DNA of 64,000 bases from a bacterium (GTDB lineage Bacteria; Myxococcota; UBA727; JAUIJE01). Every line of letters starts with the position of its first letter. Position 1 is the stretch's first letter. Below, one piece after another: positions 36,836 through 46,956 of this stretch. The notes beneath the pieces were generated by a model. It had not been told where the DNA came from. It ran no database searches and worked only from the letters and a program-made list of their open reading frames with translations. Both the position numbers and the translations under genes were made by a program. The DNA lies in the NCBI GenBank assembly GCA_030431455.1, contig JAUIJE010000003.1:8360-72359 (forward strand), in the 5' to 3' direction.

Positions 36836-38816
36836 CCGCCCGCTGTTCGAGCCCGAGGGCCACCGCCAAGCTCGCCGCGCAGAACACGTCGAGCCCAGCC
36901 TCGGACGGCGCCGCCCCCACCACCGCGGAGACCGCCCCCACCCGGGCCGCAATCGTGGACAGCCCGACCTCTGCCAATGTCTGCGCAGACCGTTCGAGGG
37001 CTTTTTGGCGCCGGGCGGATCGGCGCCCCACCCCCGCTTGCGCCAGCTCTTCGAGCCCGGCGCGCGCCTGCCGCAGCGCTTCTTGCACCGGGTCGGCGGA
37101 GGTCTCGAAGCTGGGCACGACCTCGAGGTCGTCCGGCCGCGCCACCGGCTGATGCAGATCGAGGGCGATGACCCGGTCGGTGACCAACAACATGGGGCGA
37201 AGCTCGGCCCCCCGCGGCGACAAGGTCAGCACCCCGGACAGGTACCGCACCGCGTTCGCTTTCACCGCGGCCAAAAAGACATCCACCGCGCCCGGGGTCA
37301 GGGCCCGGTGCTCGATGACCGCCTCCACCGCGACCCCGTCGTGTCCCACCACCTGGGCCCGGGCTTGCTGCGCGCCCGGCGCGTACACCGGCTCGGACAC
37401 CTCGGCCGGGCACAACGCGACGACGTTCTCGGCCAGCACCCGCGGCCGCAAAAACCGCGTGGGGCGGCGGCGCCAATGTGACAGGACCGGCGCGAAGTCC
37501 CGGTGCAGAACCTTGTCGGACCAGGACGCCCAGTCTCCCGACTGCGGCATCACCGACACTTTGCTCAACATCGCCTGGCCGAGGACGAGCGCGCGGTTGG
37601 GCCGGCGCTTGACCGCCTCGGTGAGCAGGTGCCCCTCGGCCAGGGCCCGGAGCTTGACCCCCCGGGCCATCAACCGCCCCCCCAGGGCAGGCCCGGTCGC
37701 CTCCCCCTGCGCGGGCCCGGGAAAACTCTTGGCCAGCACCAGCACGTTGCCCTGGTCGGGCTCGAGCAGCACCACCTCGGCGCGCACCTTGTCATCGTCC
37801 CGCCAGAGGCGGCAGCCCAATGAAACAGCACGCAAGCGCTTCAGCCGGGTCTCGGTCTTGACCTCGGTGCCGAGCACTTCGCTCTGGGGCAGGGGCGCGT
37901 CCTCGGTGTTCGCGGTGCGGCGCCTGGCCTCCAGTTCGCTCACCAGGTGCAGCAGCCGGGCCCCGGAAAAGCGCGCCGACCGGGTCTGGTAGGCCTCCAG
38001 TTGGTCCACGAGGTCGTCGGCACAAGACGCGGGCCAGGTGAAGCCCGCGTCGACGAGCGCCCCCCGTGCCGACCGCAGGCGGGCCACCATCGCGGGGTCG
38101 CAGCCCGACGCCCCCCCGAACAGCAAGCTGACCAGGCCGTCGCGGGCGGGGGCAAACGCTCCGTCGACGTCGAGCCGACGGGCGGGCTGGAGGTATACGG
38201 TGTGGGGGCGCGCGGCGCGACCGGATGCCCGCACCGCCCACACCGCCAAGGCGTGGTGCACACACGCCCCGCTGACGTCGCAATCGCATTGTGCGAACGC
38301 CAGGTCGCCCCCCAGCACAAACCGCACTGTGGAGGTGGGCAGCTCTACGGTGAGAATGCCCCCGGGCCCATCCAGGACCTCGGCCCGGAACCCCGCCCGC
38401 CGGACCTTCTCCGCTTGGCGGTACAGGCGGGCGTGCAGGTGGGCCTTCAGCGCGTCGTCGTCGATATCCGCCACCGGGGCGGCGGCCGGGGCGGACGCAG
38501 CGCCGGTTCCGGCCGCGTCGGGGCCGGAGGGGGCCGCCCGGGCGCGGTAGGCCATGACCAGCAGCAACGCGTGGCGGCACACCCCGGTGGACGCGCAGCT
38601 GCATTGGGCGTCGGATAGGGCGGTGCCGGGGGGCAGCCGGGTCTCGACCGCGTCGTCCTCGCTGACCACGGTGCCGTCGGCCTCGATGCGCAATGTCTCC
38701 GGACGGCCGGCCTCGCACAGCCGCCGGGCGCGCTTGACCAACCCCCGGTTGCTGAGCGCCACCAAGCGGTCGTCGTCGAGCACGAGGAGGTCGTCGCGCG
38801 CGCTCACCGGAGACAA
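36825..38816 (-). CDS. SWIM zinc-finger domain protein (YehQ-like component of MoxR-vWA system)
   Basis: SWIM CxC..CxH signatures (CSCASTGVCRHALLL and CDCDVSGACVHHAL). It is the last gene of the AAA-DUF5682-vWA-SWIM operon. Confidence 0.7.
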   Translation of the reverse strand: MSPVSARDDLLVLDDDRLVALSNRGLVKRARRLCEAGRPETLRIEADGTVVSEDDAVETRLPPGTALSDAQCSCASTGVCRHALLLVMAYRARAAPSGPDAAGTGAASAPAAAPVADIDDDALKAHLHARLYRQAEKVRRAGFRAEVLDGPGGILTVELPTSTVRFVLGGDLAFAQCDCDVSGACVHHALAVWAVRASGRAARPHTVYLQPARRLDVDGAFAPARDGLVSLLFGGASGCDPAMVARLRSARGALVDAGFTWPASCADDLVDQLEAYQTRSARFSGARLLHLVSELEARRRTANTEDAPLPQSEVLGTEVKTETRLKRLRAVSLGCRLWRDDDKVRAEVVLLEPDQGNVLVLAKSFPGPAQGEATGPALGGRLMARGVKLRALAEGHLLTEAVKRRPNRALVLGQAMLSKVSVMPQSGDWASWSDKVLHRDFAPVLSHWRRRPTRFLRPRVLAENVVALCPAEVSEPVYAPGAQQARAQVVGHDGVAVEAVIEHRALTPGAVDVFLAAVKANAVRYLSGVLTLSPRGAELRPMLLVTDRVIALDLHQPVARPDDLEVVPSFETSADPVQEALRQARAGLEELAQAGVGRRSARRQKALERSAQTLAEVGLSTIAARVGAVSAVVGAAPSEAGLDVFCAASLAVALGLEQRAARR

Positions 38817-39925
38817 TCCGCCACGAACTGGGCCAAATGCGCGGGGGTCATCGCGCCCACGAACGCGCCGAGGTCGGCCAGGGTCTGGCCCAACTGCCGG
38901 TCGTAGTCAGGGGCGGCGTTGTCGTCGAGGGCGGCGAGCACGAGCACCTTGGTGCCCTGGCTGCAGAGGTCCCGGACCTGCTGGATCAACCAGCGCGCGT
39001 CCCCCCCTTCGTAGAGGTCGGTGAGCAGCACCATGATCGCGCGGCGGGGCGACGCCACCAGGGAGGCCCCGTAGGAGACGGCGCGGGCGATGTCGGTGCC
39101 CCCGCCGAGCTGCACCTTCATCAGGGTCTCCACCGGGTCGGTGACGTGGTGGGTGAGGTCGACCACCTCGGTGTCGAACACGCAAAGGTGGGTGCGGATC
39201 TGGGGCAAGCCGTGCAAGCACGCGGCGGTCACCGACGCGTGGATGGTCGAGGGCAACATCGAACCGCTTTGATCGACGAGGATGATGATTTGCCATTTCT
39301 CGGAATGTCGACGTGCGCGGGACGAGAACACCGCGCGCTCGAGCACCAGCCTTCGGCGCGCGGGGTCGTAGTGCTTGAGGTTGGTGCGCAAGGTGGTGCG
39401 CAGATCGAAGTTGGCCGCGATCTTGTGGGCGCTGCGGCGGCGGCGGTCGAGGGTCCCGGTGAACGCGGTGCGCACCTCGACGGCCAGGCGCTCCATCAGC
39501 TCGCGCACCACCTGCTGGATGATCTTGCGGGCCATGGCGAGCACCTTCTCGTTCATCAGGTGCTTGGTGCGCAAAACCGCCTGAAGCAGTGACTCGGACG
39601 GCACCGCTTGTTCGAGAATGGCGGGGTCGGTGACGACCTCGTCGATGTGGTACCGCTCGACCGCGTCGGTCTGGAGGCGCTCGATGGTGTCCTGCGGGAA
39701 CAGCTCGTGGATCGCGTGGATCCACTCCGGCACCGTCAACGTCGACGGGCCCGGGCCGCCCTCGCGGGTGTGCAGGTCGCGCTCGGCCATCGAGGGGTCG
39801 CGGTCGTACAGCCAGGACAACGCCGCGTCCATGGCCGAGACCTCGCCTTCGCCCCGCCCGAGCACGGCCTCGCTGGCTTGGCCCAACACCAGGCGCCAGC
39901 GGTCGATGGGGTCGAGGTCGCTCAT
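38804..39925 (-). CDS. vWA-domain protein (YehP-like)
   Basis: vWA/MIDAS region IILVDQSGSM..T. The start is chosen at the ATG overlapping the upstream stop (ATGA); an alternative start lies 21 nt upstream. Confidence 0.7.
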   Translation of the reverse strand: MSDLDPIDRWRLVLGQASEAVLGRGEGEVSAMDAALSWLYDRDPSMAERDLHTREGGPGPSTLTVPEWIHAIHELFPQDTIERLQTDAVERYHIDEVVTDPAILEQAVPSESLLQAVLRTKHLMNEKVLAMARKIIQQVVRELMERLAVEVRTAFTGTLDRRRRSAHKIAANFDLRTTLRTNLKHYDPARRRLVLERAVFSSRARRHSEKWQIIILVDQSGSMLPSTIHASVTAACLHGLPQIRTHLCVFDTEVVDLTHHVTDPVETLMKVQLGGGTDIARAVSYGASLVASPRRAIMVLLTDLYEGGDARWLIQQVRDLCSQGTKVLVLAALDDNAAPDYDRQLGQTLADLGAFVGAMTPAHLAQFVADCLR

Positions 39926-42228
39926 GGGGTGCTCTCCTCGGGCCACCAGCCGTAGTCGATGCCCTGGACCGCCACCGCGCGGTCGAGGGCCCGGGCCTCG
40001 ACCAGCTCGTCCGCCGACGCCGCCGGGCGCAAGAGGTCACGCGCGTCGGGTGGCGCCTCGGCCCCGAGCAACGCGGCCACCACCGCGGCCAGCGCCTCCC
40101 GCTCCCGGGGCGGAAAGTACGCGAAGGAATGCCGCAGCGCGGGCAACGTGGCCAAGAACTCCGCTTGCGACAGCTGGCACAACACCTCGTGCACCGCCCC
40201 GACCAGCGACGGGTCCACGCCGATCTCGACCCGGGCGAGACAAAACAGACCGGCGAGAAAGTCCCCCAGCTGCGACGGGGGCGCGGCCTGGAGCATGGCC
40301 CGGCGATCCCCGGGCAGCCGGCTCGGCGCGTCCTCGTCGTCGTCGACAAGGCTGATGTGCGCGCCCCACGCCGCCCCCCGCAGCCCGCACGGGCAGTCCG
40401 CGTCCAAGGCGCGGCGGCGGAAGGTGGCGCGCACCGCGGCGCCGGTGGCGTCGGCGACCCCGCCATGCCGGACCACGTCGCGCAGCCCCAGCGCCAAATC
40501 CAAATGTGACTGGGTGAGCCCAGCGGTCGCGCCGGACAACATGTCGGCGTGCCACAGGGCGCGGTCGGTCAACGCCTCGAGCAGGGCCGCGACCTGGGGG
40601 TCCCCTTGCCCCCCGAAGCGCGCATCGTGGCGGTGCACGGCCAACAGCCTCGACAGCGCCGGGCCCACCTCGTCGAGCTTGGCGTGTTGCATACGTTGCG
40701 CGAGCACGGCCAAGGCCCGCGCGTCGATGTCGGCGAGCCCGGCGAACCGGGACATCAACAGCACCTCCACCAAGGCGTCGAGCGGGGCGTCGGCTTCGAG
40801 CATCTCGGACAGCCGGCGCCGGGCTGCGTCCTCGATGGTGGCCCCGTAGGCCCCCGCCTCGATGGCGCTGGCCTCGGTCTCGAGCGTCCACCGCACGTTC
40901 CAATGCTCTTGGAGCTCGACGTCGTGAACGGTGGCCGGCCCCGCGGCGCGCACGACGCCGTGGATATCGAGCAGGCGGAGGCGGTGAAGCACCGCGCTCT
41001 GTTGGCGGTGCGCGGCTTGGTGCAGGTCGAGCGACACCGGCACGGTGTCGGCCGAGAACGCGACCCCCCACGATCGCAGGGCGGCGTGTACGTCGTGCAA
41101 CAGCGGGGGCCGGGGGGTGTCGGGGTGCAAGCGGCCGCGGTCGTCGCCCGACAGCACCCGCAGGATCTCCACCAACAACGGGTCGGTGTGGGCGGCGATG
41201 GGCGCGCGCCGGGTCCAGGGCAGCGGCATGTCGAGGGCGCCCTTGACCAACGACGCGGCCAGGCCGTCGAGGAGGTCGACGCGCTGAACCGCCTCGTGAC
41301 CACGCAGCCGGGCCAGGCCTCCGGCGAGGGTGCGGGCGGCGATCAGGTCCGCGGTGGAACACGTCTGGTTCTTGTCGCGGAGGCGGACCACGATGCGGGC
41401 CAAGGCCTCATCGACGGCGCGTTCGGGGCCGTGGTCCCACACCATTTGGTAGTAGCCGGGGGAGGGCATGCCCGACTGGTACCCGGTGAAGCTGTCCAGG
41501 CGGTGAAAGGTGTAGGGCACCAAATAGGTGCCAAGCTCCGCGTCCTCCTCGGGGACGATGTCGGCCGGCGGCGTGTCCGACGGGGTCGCGTCCTCCAGCG
41601 CGGGTTGGTGAAAACCACCGCACACCACCACCACGGTGTCGTGCCGGGCGAGGGCGTGGGCCACGTGCGCCCGCATGTAGGCCTCACGGCGCTCGTCCCG
41701 CGCCTCCGCGGGGTTGGCCTCGCGCAACAGCCGAAAGTAGATTTGGTGGCGTTCGGCCCGCACCTCGTCGTCCAAGGCTTGCTCGAACACGTGGTCCCAC
41801 ACCGCGTCGTACCCGTCGGCGGAGAAGGCCTCGCACAGGCGCTCGGCCCAGGGCATGGGGGCCCGCGGGGCATGGTCGTAGACACGGTCCCGGTAGCGGT
41901 TCTCGACGTCGGCGAAGGCTTCGTGCCAGGCCGGCAGATCGATGAACGCGAGCTCGGCCCCGGTCTGCTGCCCCGCGCGCAAGGCGCGCCACTCCGGGGA
42001 ATAGCCACAAAAAGGGGTCCAGGAGCCGTGCGTGTGAGGCCCCTGCCGATGATGCGAATAAAGCGCCACCGGGGGCTGGTGGTCGAGCAGCAACTCCGGC
42101 AGCCGGGGGGTAAAGTCCGCGGGTCCCTCGACGAGCACCGCGCCCGGGCGCAGCCGGTCGATGGTGCGCTCGACCCAGCCCGCGCAGGCGGGGCTGTGGT
42201 GACGGACACCGAGCACCACCAATGTCAT
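39922..42228 (-). CDS. DUF5682 family protein (YehM-like)
   Basis: 768-aa protein positioned between the MoxR-like ATPase and the vWA gene, as in E. coli yehLMPQ. It starts MTLVVLGVRHHSPACA. Confidence 0.6.
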   Translation of the reverse strand: MTLVVLGVRHHSPACAGWVERTIDRLRPGAVLVEGPADFTPRLPELLLDHQPPVALYSHHRQGPHTHGSWTPFCGYSPEWRALRAGQQTGAELAFIDLPAWHEAFADVENRYRDRVYDHAPRAPMPWAERLCEAFSADGYDAVWDHVFEQALDDEVRAERHQIYFRLLREANPAEARDERREAYMRAHVAHALARHDTVVVVCGGFHQPALEDATPSDTPPADIVPEEDAELGTYLVPYTFHRLDSFTGYQSGMPSPGYYQMVWDHGPERAVDEALARIVVRLRDKNQTCSTADLIAARTLAGGLARLRGHEAVQRVDLLDGLAASLVKGALDMPLPWTRRAPIAAHTDPLLVEILRVLSGDDRGRLHPDTPRPPLLHDVHAALRSWGVAFSADTVPVSLDLHQAAHRQQSAVLHRLRLLDIHGVVRAAGPATVHDVELQEHWNVRWTLETEASAIEAGAYGATIEDAARRRLSEMLEADAPLDALVEVLLMSRFAGLADIDARALAVLAQRMQHAKLDEVGPALSRLLAVHRHDARFGGQGDPQVAALLEALTDRALWHADMLSGATAGLTQSHLDLALGLRDVVRHGGVADATGAAVRATFRRRALDADCPCGLRGAAWGAHISLVDDDEDAPSRLPGDRRAMLQAAPPSQLGDFLAGLFCLARVEIGVDPSLVGAVHEVLCQLSQAEFLATLPALRHSFAYFPPREREALAAVVAALLGAEAPPDARDLLRPAASADELVEARALDRAVAVQGIDYGWWPEESTP

Positions 42229-42232
42229 GGCA

Positions 42233-43336
42233 TCACGTCCCGAGACGGTGGCGGGCCTCGTACAGCGCGGTCCAGTGGGCGCCCTTCTTCTTGGGCACCC
42301 GGCGCTCGAGGTAGGCGCGCAGTCGTTTGAGGTCTTCGGCGTCGTCCTTGGCCGCGACCCCGGCCAAACATTCGACCAGGTCGGCGGCGGAGACTTTTCC
42401 CTCGGTGAGGTAGTGGCTGCGCACCCCCAACAGGTGCGCCACGCTCACCGCTTCGGCGGTGGACAGCACCGAAGACAACCGCTCGGTGGCGTGGCCCTGG
42501 GTGGTGACCCCGGTGCGCAGGTCGCGGAAGGTGGTGACCAAAATCTCGAGAATCTCGTCGGGGGGCCGCGTGTGTACGCCCGAACGTTCGAGCAGGCGGG
42601 TGGCTTCGCGCTTGACCAGGTTGAGCTCGACCTGGAAATCGTTGATGGGAAAAATCGTCTCAAAGTTGAGCCGGCGCTTCAGCGCCGCGCTCATCTCGTG
42701 CACCCCGCGGTCGCGGGTGTTGGCGGTGGCGATGAGGTTGAAGCCCTCTTTGGCAAACAACATCTGCTCGAGCTCGGCCACCGCGAGCTGGCGGTCGGAC
42801 AGCACCGACAAGAGCGCGTCCTGCACCTCCAGCGGGCAGCGGGTGATTTCTTCGAAGCGCACGATCGCGCCTTCTTTCATCGCGGTGTACAGCGGCGCGG
42901 GCACGAGGGCTTTTTCCGTCGGGCCTTCGGCCACGAGCAGCGCGTAGTTCCACGAGTATTTGATGTGGTCCTCGATGAGCGAAGCCCCCCCTTGGATGGT
43001 CAACGTCGACCGCCCTGAGATGGCCGCGGCCAGAAGCTCAGACAGGAGCGACTTGGCGGTCCCGGGCTCCCCGACAAGCATCAGGCCCCGATTTGTGGCA
43101 AGCGTGACCATGGCCCGCTCGACCAGCGACGGGGCCCCGACGAACTTCTTGCTGATGTCGCGGTCGCCATCGCCGAGGATAAACGCCCGCACCGCGGGGA
43201 GCGAGAGCCGCCAACCGGGCGGCTTGGCCGCGGTGTCGTCTTGGGCCAGCCGCGCGAGCTCGTCGGCATACAGCACTTCGGCGGGGGGCCGCTGCAGGTC
43301 CGGCGACGGGGACGGGCGCGATTTGGACTTGGGCAT
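42233..43336 (-). CDS. MoxR-like AAA+ ATPase (YehL-like)
   Basis: Walker A GEPGTAKS, Walker B/sensor regions and the MoxR-type lid. The real start is at MPKSKSR.. (ATG at 43336). Confidence 0.8.
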   Translation of the reverse strand: MPKSKSRPSPSPDLQRPPAEVLYADELARLAQDDTAAKPPGWRLSLPAVRAFILGDGDRDISKKFVGAPSLVERAMVTLATNRGLMLVGEPGTAKSLLSELLAAAISGRSTLTIQGGASLIEDHIKYSWNYALLVAEGPTEKALVPAPLYTAMKEGAIVRFEEITRCPLEVQDALLSVLSDRQLAVAELEQMLFAKEGFNLIATANTRDRGVHEMSAALKRRLNFETIFPINDFQVELNLVKREATRLLERSGVHTRPPDEILEILVTTFRDLRTGVTTQGHATERLSSVLSTAEAVSVAHLLGVRSHYLTEGKVSAADLVECLAGVAAKDDAEDLKRLRAYLERRVPKKKGAHWTALYEARHRLGT

Positions 43337-43416
43337 GGGGCCTCCACCAACCGGTGTGACGGTACCCCAAACGGTCCGGTTTTGCCGTGCTAAAGATCGC
43401 GCCACCGGAGGTGACG
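43337..43416. promoter_or_regulatory. Divergent intergenic region between the MoxR-vWA-SWIM operon and the WGR-DUF4132 gene
   Basis: 80-bp spacer between two divergently oriented starts. GGAGGTGA Shine-Dalgarno before the ATG at 43417. Confidence 0.3.
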
Positions 43417-46400
43417 ATGACCGTGCAGCGCTTCGAACTCTCGGACGGCAAGAGCCACAAGTTCTGGTCGGTGAACGTACAAGGCGCGGACGTGCACATA
43501 CATTGGGGACGCATCGGAACCCAAGGGCAAAGCAAGGTCAAGTCGCTCCCCTCCGCCGCGGCCGCGTCCCAAGAAGCACAAAAGCTCATCGCGTCCAAAA
43601 CCAAGAAGGGCTATGCGCCAGTGACGCCCCACGACGACGACGCCCCCGCCCCCGTCCCCGCCGTCCCCCGGTCCACTCCCGCTTCCCCGCCACCCGCGGT
43701 CGCCGCGCCCCCCACCGCGCCGCCACCGGAGCGCGCCGCCCCCGCGCCTGCCGCGACCATCGATTGGCCCGACGAAGAGACCTTCGTCGTGCCCGACGCG
43801 TGGTCCCGCAAGGCCAACCCACCCAAGGCGCGCACCTCGACGCCGGCCAAGGTGGCCAAGACCTGGGCCGCCCTACAAGCCCGTTGGGCCTCCACCGAAC
43901 TCCGCTTCGTCAAGCCGATGCTGCTCGCGTCGCTCCCGGCCCTCGATCAGATCCTCCAAGCCCCCGCCGCCCCGGCGAAGGCCGACGCCCACGTCGACGC
44001 GCACCTCGGCGCGGTGGGCCTTGTCATCACCGTGCACCAACCCGCGCTGGGCACCGACGTGGTCGACTTCTGGCTCCGCCACGGCCCCGCGCATGCGGTG
44101 GACGCGCTGTTCGCGTGCATGCCCTTGGTGAGCAGCTCCATCGCCACCAAAGACCGCTATCCACATTTGATCACGCCCCTGGCGGATCACCTCGCCAGCC
44201 TGGACGACGCCGCACAGAAATCCTTGGCCGCTTCCCTGGAGGCCCACAGCCAAAAGAGCGTCGACGCCCTGGTCGCGGCCACCCTGCTCACCCCGCGTCC
44301 CCAACCTTGGTCGGATGCTCTGCTGCAGTCCCCCCAGCACAAGACCTGGCGCGAACAACACCGCGACATGACCCTCGACCTCCTCGCGCGTTCGGCCTGT
44401 CGCCCCGCCGATGTCGCCGCGCTGCTCGACGTCCGCCATCTTTGGAACGTCGACTGGCGCCCCGTGTTTGCCCGCGGCGGACGCGAGACCCTGGAGGCGG
44501 TCCTCGAAAACCCGCCGCTCAACCGGACGGTGTCCATCGAGCTGCTCGCCGCCGTGCCCAGCGATGCCACCGCGCGCACCTTGTTCGCGCGCGCCCAAGA
44601 GGGCGACCGCCACGCCATCGGCGCGTTCGATGACCTCATGGGACGTTTTCCAAAGCGCGCCCTCCGCACCTGTCTGCCCGCGGTGCGCGCCGGGGACGAC
44701 TTTGCCGAACGCACCGCCCGCCGCCTGGTGCTGACCTGGCCCGGGCTCGAAGACCAACTCGGGCTCGACGACGAGGACCGCGCCCGGATCGCGGCCTTGC
44801 TCCCCGACGATGTTCCCGACGCCGCGCCCGAAGACGTGCCCGACATCCTGCGCCACCCCCCGTGGATGTCCCGCCCCCCCGAACCCAAAGCGGTGAAGCT
44901 CGACCTCACCGCCCCCGACCTCGCCCCCGCGCTGACCTGGACCGACGACGAGCGGTCCGCGATCGTGGCCGCGGGGCGCGCCGCGGGCGCCGAGCACACC
45001 TACGGCCCGCTGTACAAGCTCGCGTGGGGGGACGACACCCTCAAAAAGGGCAATCCCCCCATCGACATGTGGGGGGGCGGCGCCGCCGCTCACCTCCCCC
45101 GGGCCATCGAACGACACGGACTCGACGTGTTGCACGCGGTGCTCGCCTATTCCTACGTCGGCCCCTTCCTCGGTGCCGTGCTCAAGTGGTGCACATACAT
45201 TGCAGACCCGGTGCTGGTTCCCCTCGCGGCACGCAAGTTGCGCACCAAGCGCGACCACAAACCCGCCGCGGCGTGGCTCGAGCAACACCCCACGTTCGCG
45301 GCCCGGCTGCTCATTCCCGTGGCCCTGGGCAAAAAGACAAGAAAGCAAGAACGCGACGACGCCATGGCCGCGTTGCTGCACATCATGGACAATTCCGGAG
45401 ATGACGAAGTGTTGGCCGTGGCGCGAGATTATGCGCCAGAAGCCGCCGCCTACCTCGAGGCCCGGGGCGCGATCGCCCCCGTCCACCGCCTGCCCAAAAA
45501 GCTCCCCGCGCCCCCCGACTATCTCGTGCTCGGGGCGCTGCCCCGTCCGGTGTTGCACGCCGGGGGCGCGCTTCCCGAGGACGCGGCGTCGAACTTTCTG
45601 ATCATGCTCGCCCTGTCCACCCTCGACGAACCCTATCCCGGTCTCACCGAGGTGGTGGCGGCCTGCACCCCCGCGTCGCAGGCGCGCTTTTCCTGGGCGG
45701 TGTTCGAGGAATGGGAAGCGCAGGGCATGCCCAGCCAGGACAGCTGGTTGTTCGAACAGCTCGGTCACCTCGCCGACGACGGGGTGGTCCGTCGATTGAG
45801 CAAAAAGATTCGGGAATGGCCGGGGGAAGGCGGACACGCGCGGTCGGTGAAGGGGCTCGACGTGCTCGCCGCCATCGGCACCGACGTGGCCCTGATGAAC
45901 ATCTACGCCATGAGCCTGAAGTTGAAGTTCAAGGGGCTGAAAAAGACCGCGGGGGAAAAGGTCGCGGAGATCGGCGAAGCCCGGGGGCTCACCGCCGACG
46001 AGATGGCGGACCGGTTGGTGCCGCGCTTCGACCTCGACGACGAAGGCCGCATGCCACTGGACTACGGCCCGCGGTCGTTCACGGTGGGTTTTGATGAACA
46101 GCTCAAACCATTCGTCCTCGACCAATCGGGCAAACGGCTCAAGAACCTCCCCAAGCCGGGGCAAAAGGACGACCCCGATCGGGCGGTGCCCGCGGAAGCG
46201 AAGTTCAAGCAGCTCAAAAAAGATGTCCGGGACGTGGCCGGCCAGCAGCTTTATCGGTTCGAGCAGATCATGGTCCGGCAGCGCCGCTGGTCGCGGGCCG
46301 ACTTCCAAACGTTTGTGGTCGACCACCCGCTGCTCGTGCACCTCGCCCGCCGCTTGGTGTTCGGCCAGTTCGACGCGGCGGGAGAAATTGTGAACAGCTT

Positions 46401-46941
46401 CCGGGTGGCCGAGGACCGGACCTTCGCCAACGTGGACGACGACGAACTCGACCTCTCAGACGATCACGCCGTGGGCCTGCCCCACCCCTTGGACTTCCCC
46501 GCGGGGGCGGACGCGACCTGGGCCGCGGTGTTCAGCGACTACGGCCTGATTCAACCCTTCACCCAGCTCGGCCGCGAGACGTTTGTGCTCGACGACAAGC
46601 GGGCCAAAGAACGCGCCTACGCGGGCCTGGAGGCGACGCTGGTGCCCACCGGCAAGGTCCTCGGGCTTGAAAAGCGTGGCTGGCAACGGGGCGAGCCCCA
46701 GGACGGCGGCTGCATCTGGTGGATGAAAAGAGCGCTCGGCGACGGCCGCACCGCCTACCTCGCCCTCGACCCCGGCATCGTGGTGGGCCTGCCCGGCGAG
46801 TTCCCTGAGCAGACATTGGGCAAAGTCACCATCGAGGCCGCGCGGTGGGGCCCGTCCCCCGAGGGCGAACCCTTCTCAACCCTCACCCCCGTCGAGTACA
46901 GCGAGCTGATGCTCGACCTGTCCACCCTCACCGCGGGCTGA
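43417..46941 (+). CDS. WGR-domain plus DUF4132 protein (YehI/MolR-like)
   Basis: N-terminal WGR domain (RFELSDGKSHKFWSVNVQGADVHIHWGRIGTQGQ), a proline-rich linker, then a ~1000-aa region typical of WGR-DUF4132 proteins. Confidence 0.7.
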   Translation: MTVQRFELSDGKSHKFWSVNVQGADVHIHWGRIGTQGQSKVKSLPSAAAASQEAQKLIASKTKKGYAPVTPHDDDAPAPVPAVPRSTPASPPPAVAAPPTAPPPERAAPAPAATIDWPDEETFVVPDAWSRKANPPKARTSTPAKVAKTWAALQARWASTELRFVKPMLLASLPALDQILQAPAAPAKADAHVDAHLGAVGLVITVHQPALGTDVVDFWLRHGPAHAVDALFACMPLVSSSIATKDRYPHLITPLADHLASLDDAAQKSLAASLEAHSQKSVDALVAATLLTPRPQPWSDALLQSPQHKTWREQHRDMTLDLLARSACRPADVAALLDVRHLWNVDWRPVFARGGRETLEAVLENPPLNRTVSIELLAAVPSDATARTLFARAQEGDRHAIGAFDDLMGRFPKRALRTCLPAVRAGDDFAERTARRLVLTWPGLEDQLGLDDEDRARIAALLPDDVPDAAPEDVPDILRHPPWMSRPPEPKAVKLDLTAPDLAPALTWTDDERSAIVAAGRAAGAEHTYGPLYKLAWGDDTLKKGNPPIDMWGGGAAAHLPRAIERHGLDVLHAVLAYSYVGPFLGAVLKWCTYIADPVLVPLAARKLRTKRDHKPAAAWLEQHPTFAARLLIPVALGKKTRKQERDDAMAALLHIMDNSGDDEVLAVARDYAPEAAAYLEARGAIAPVHRLPKKLPAPPDYLVLGALPRPVLHAGGALPEDAASNFLIMLALSTLDEPYPGLTEVVAACTPASQARFSWAVFEEWEAQGMPSQDSWLFEQLGHLADDGVVRRLSKKIREWPGEGGHARSVKGLDVLAAIGTDVALMNIYAMSLKLKFKGLKKTAGEKVAEIGEARGLTADEMADRLVPRFDLDDEGRMPLDYGPRSFTVGFDEQLKPFVLDQSGKRLKNLPKPGQKDDPDRAVPAEAKFKQLKKDVRDVAGQQLYRFEQIMVRQRRWSRADFQTFVVDHPLLVHLARRLVFGQFDAAGEIVNSFRVAEDRTFANVDDDELDLSDDHAVGLPHPLDFPAGADATWAAVFSDYGLIQPFTQLGRETFVLDDKRAKERAYAGLEATLVPTGKVLGLEKRGWQRGEPQDGGCIWWMKRALGDGRTAYLALDPGIVVGLPGEFPEQTLGKVTIEAARWGPSPEGEPFSTLTPVEYSELMLDLSTLTAG

Positions 46942-46956
46942 CCGACGGCGGGCGGC

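Noticed and set aside
34745-36952. 735-aa minus-strand ORF opposite paralog B
   Set aside because: R/G/A-rich antisense ORF. The plus-strand paralog is supported by similarity to paralog A.
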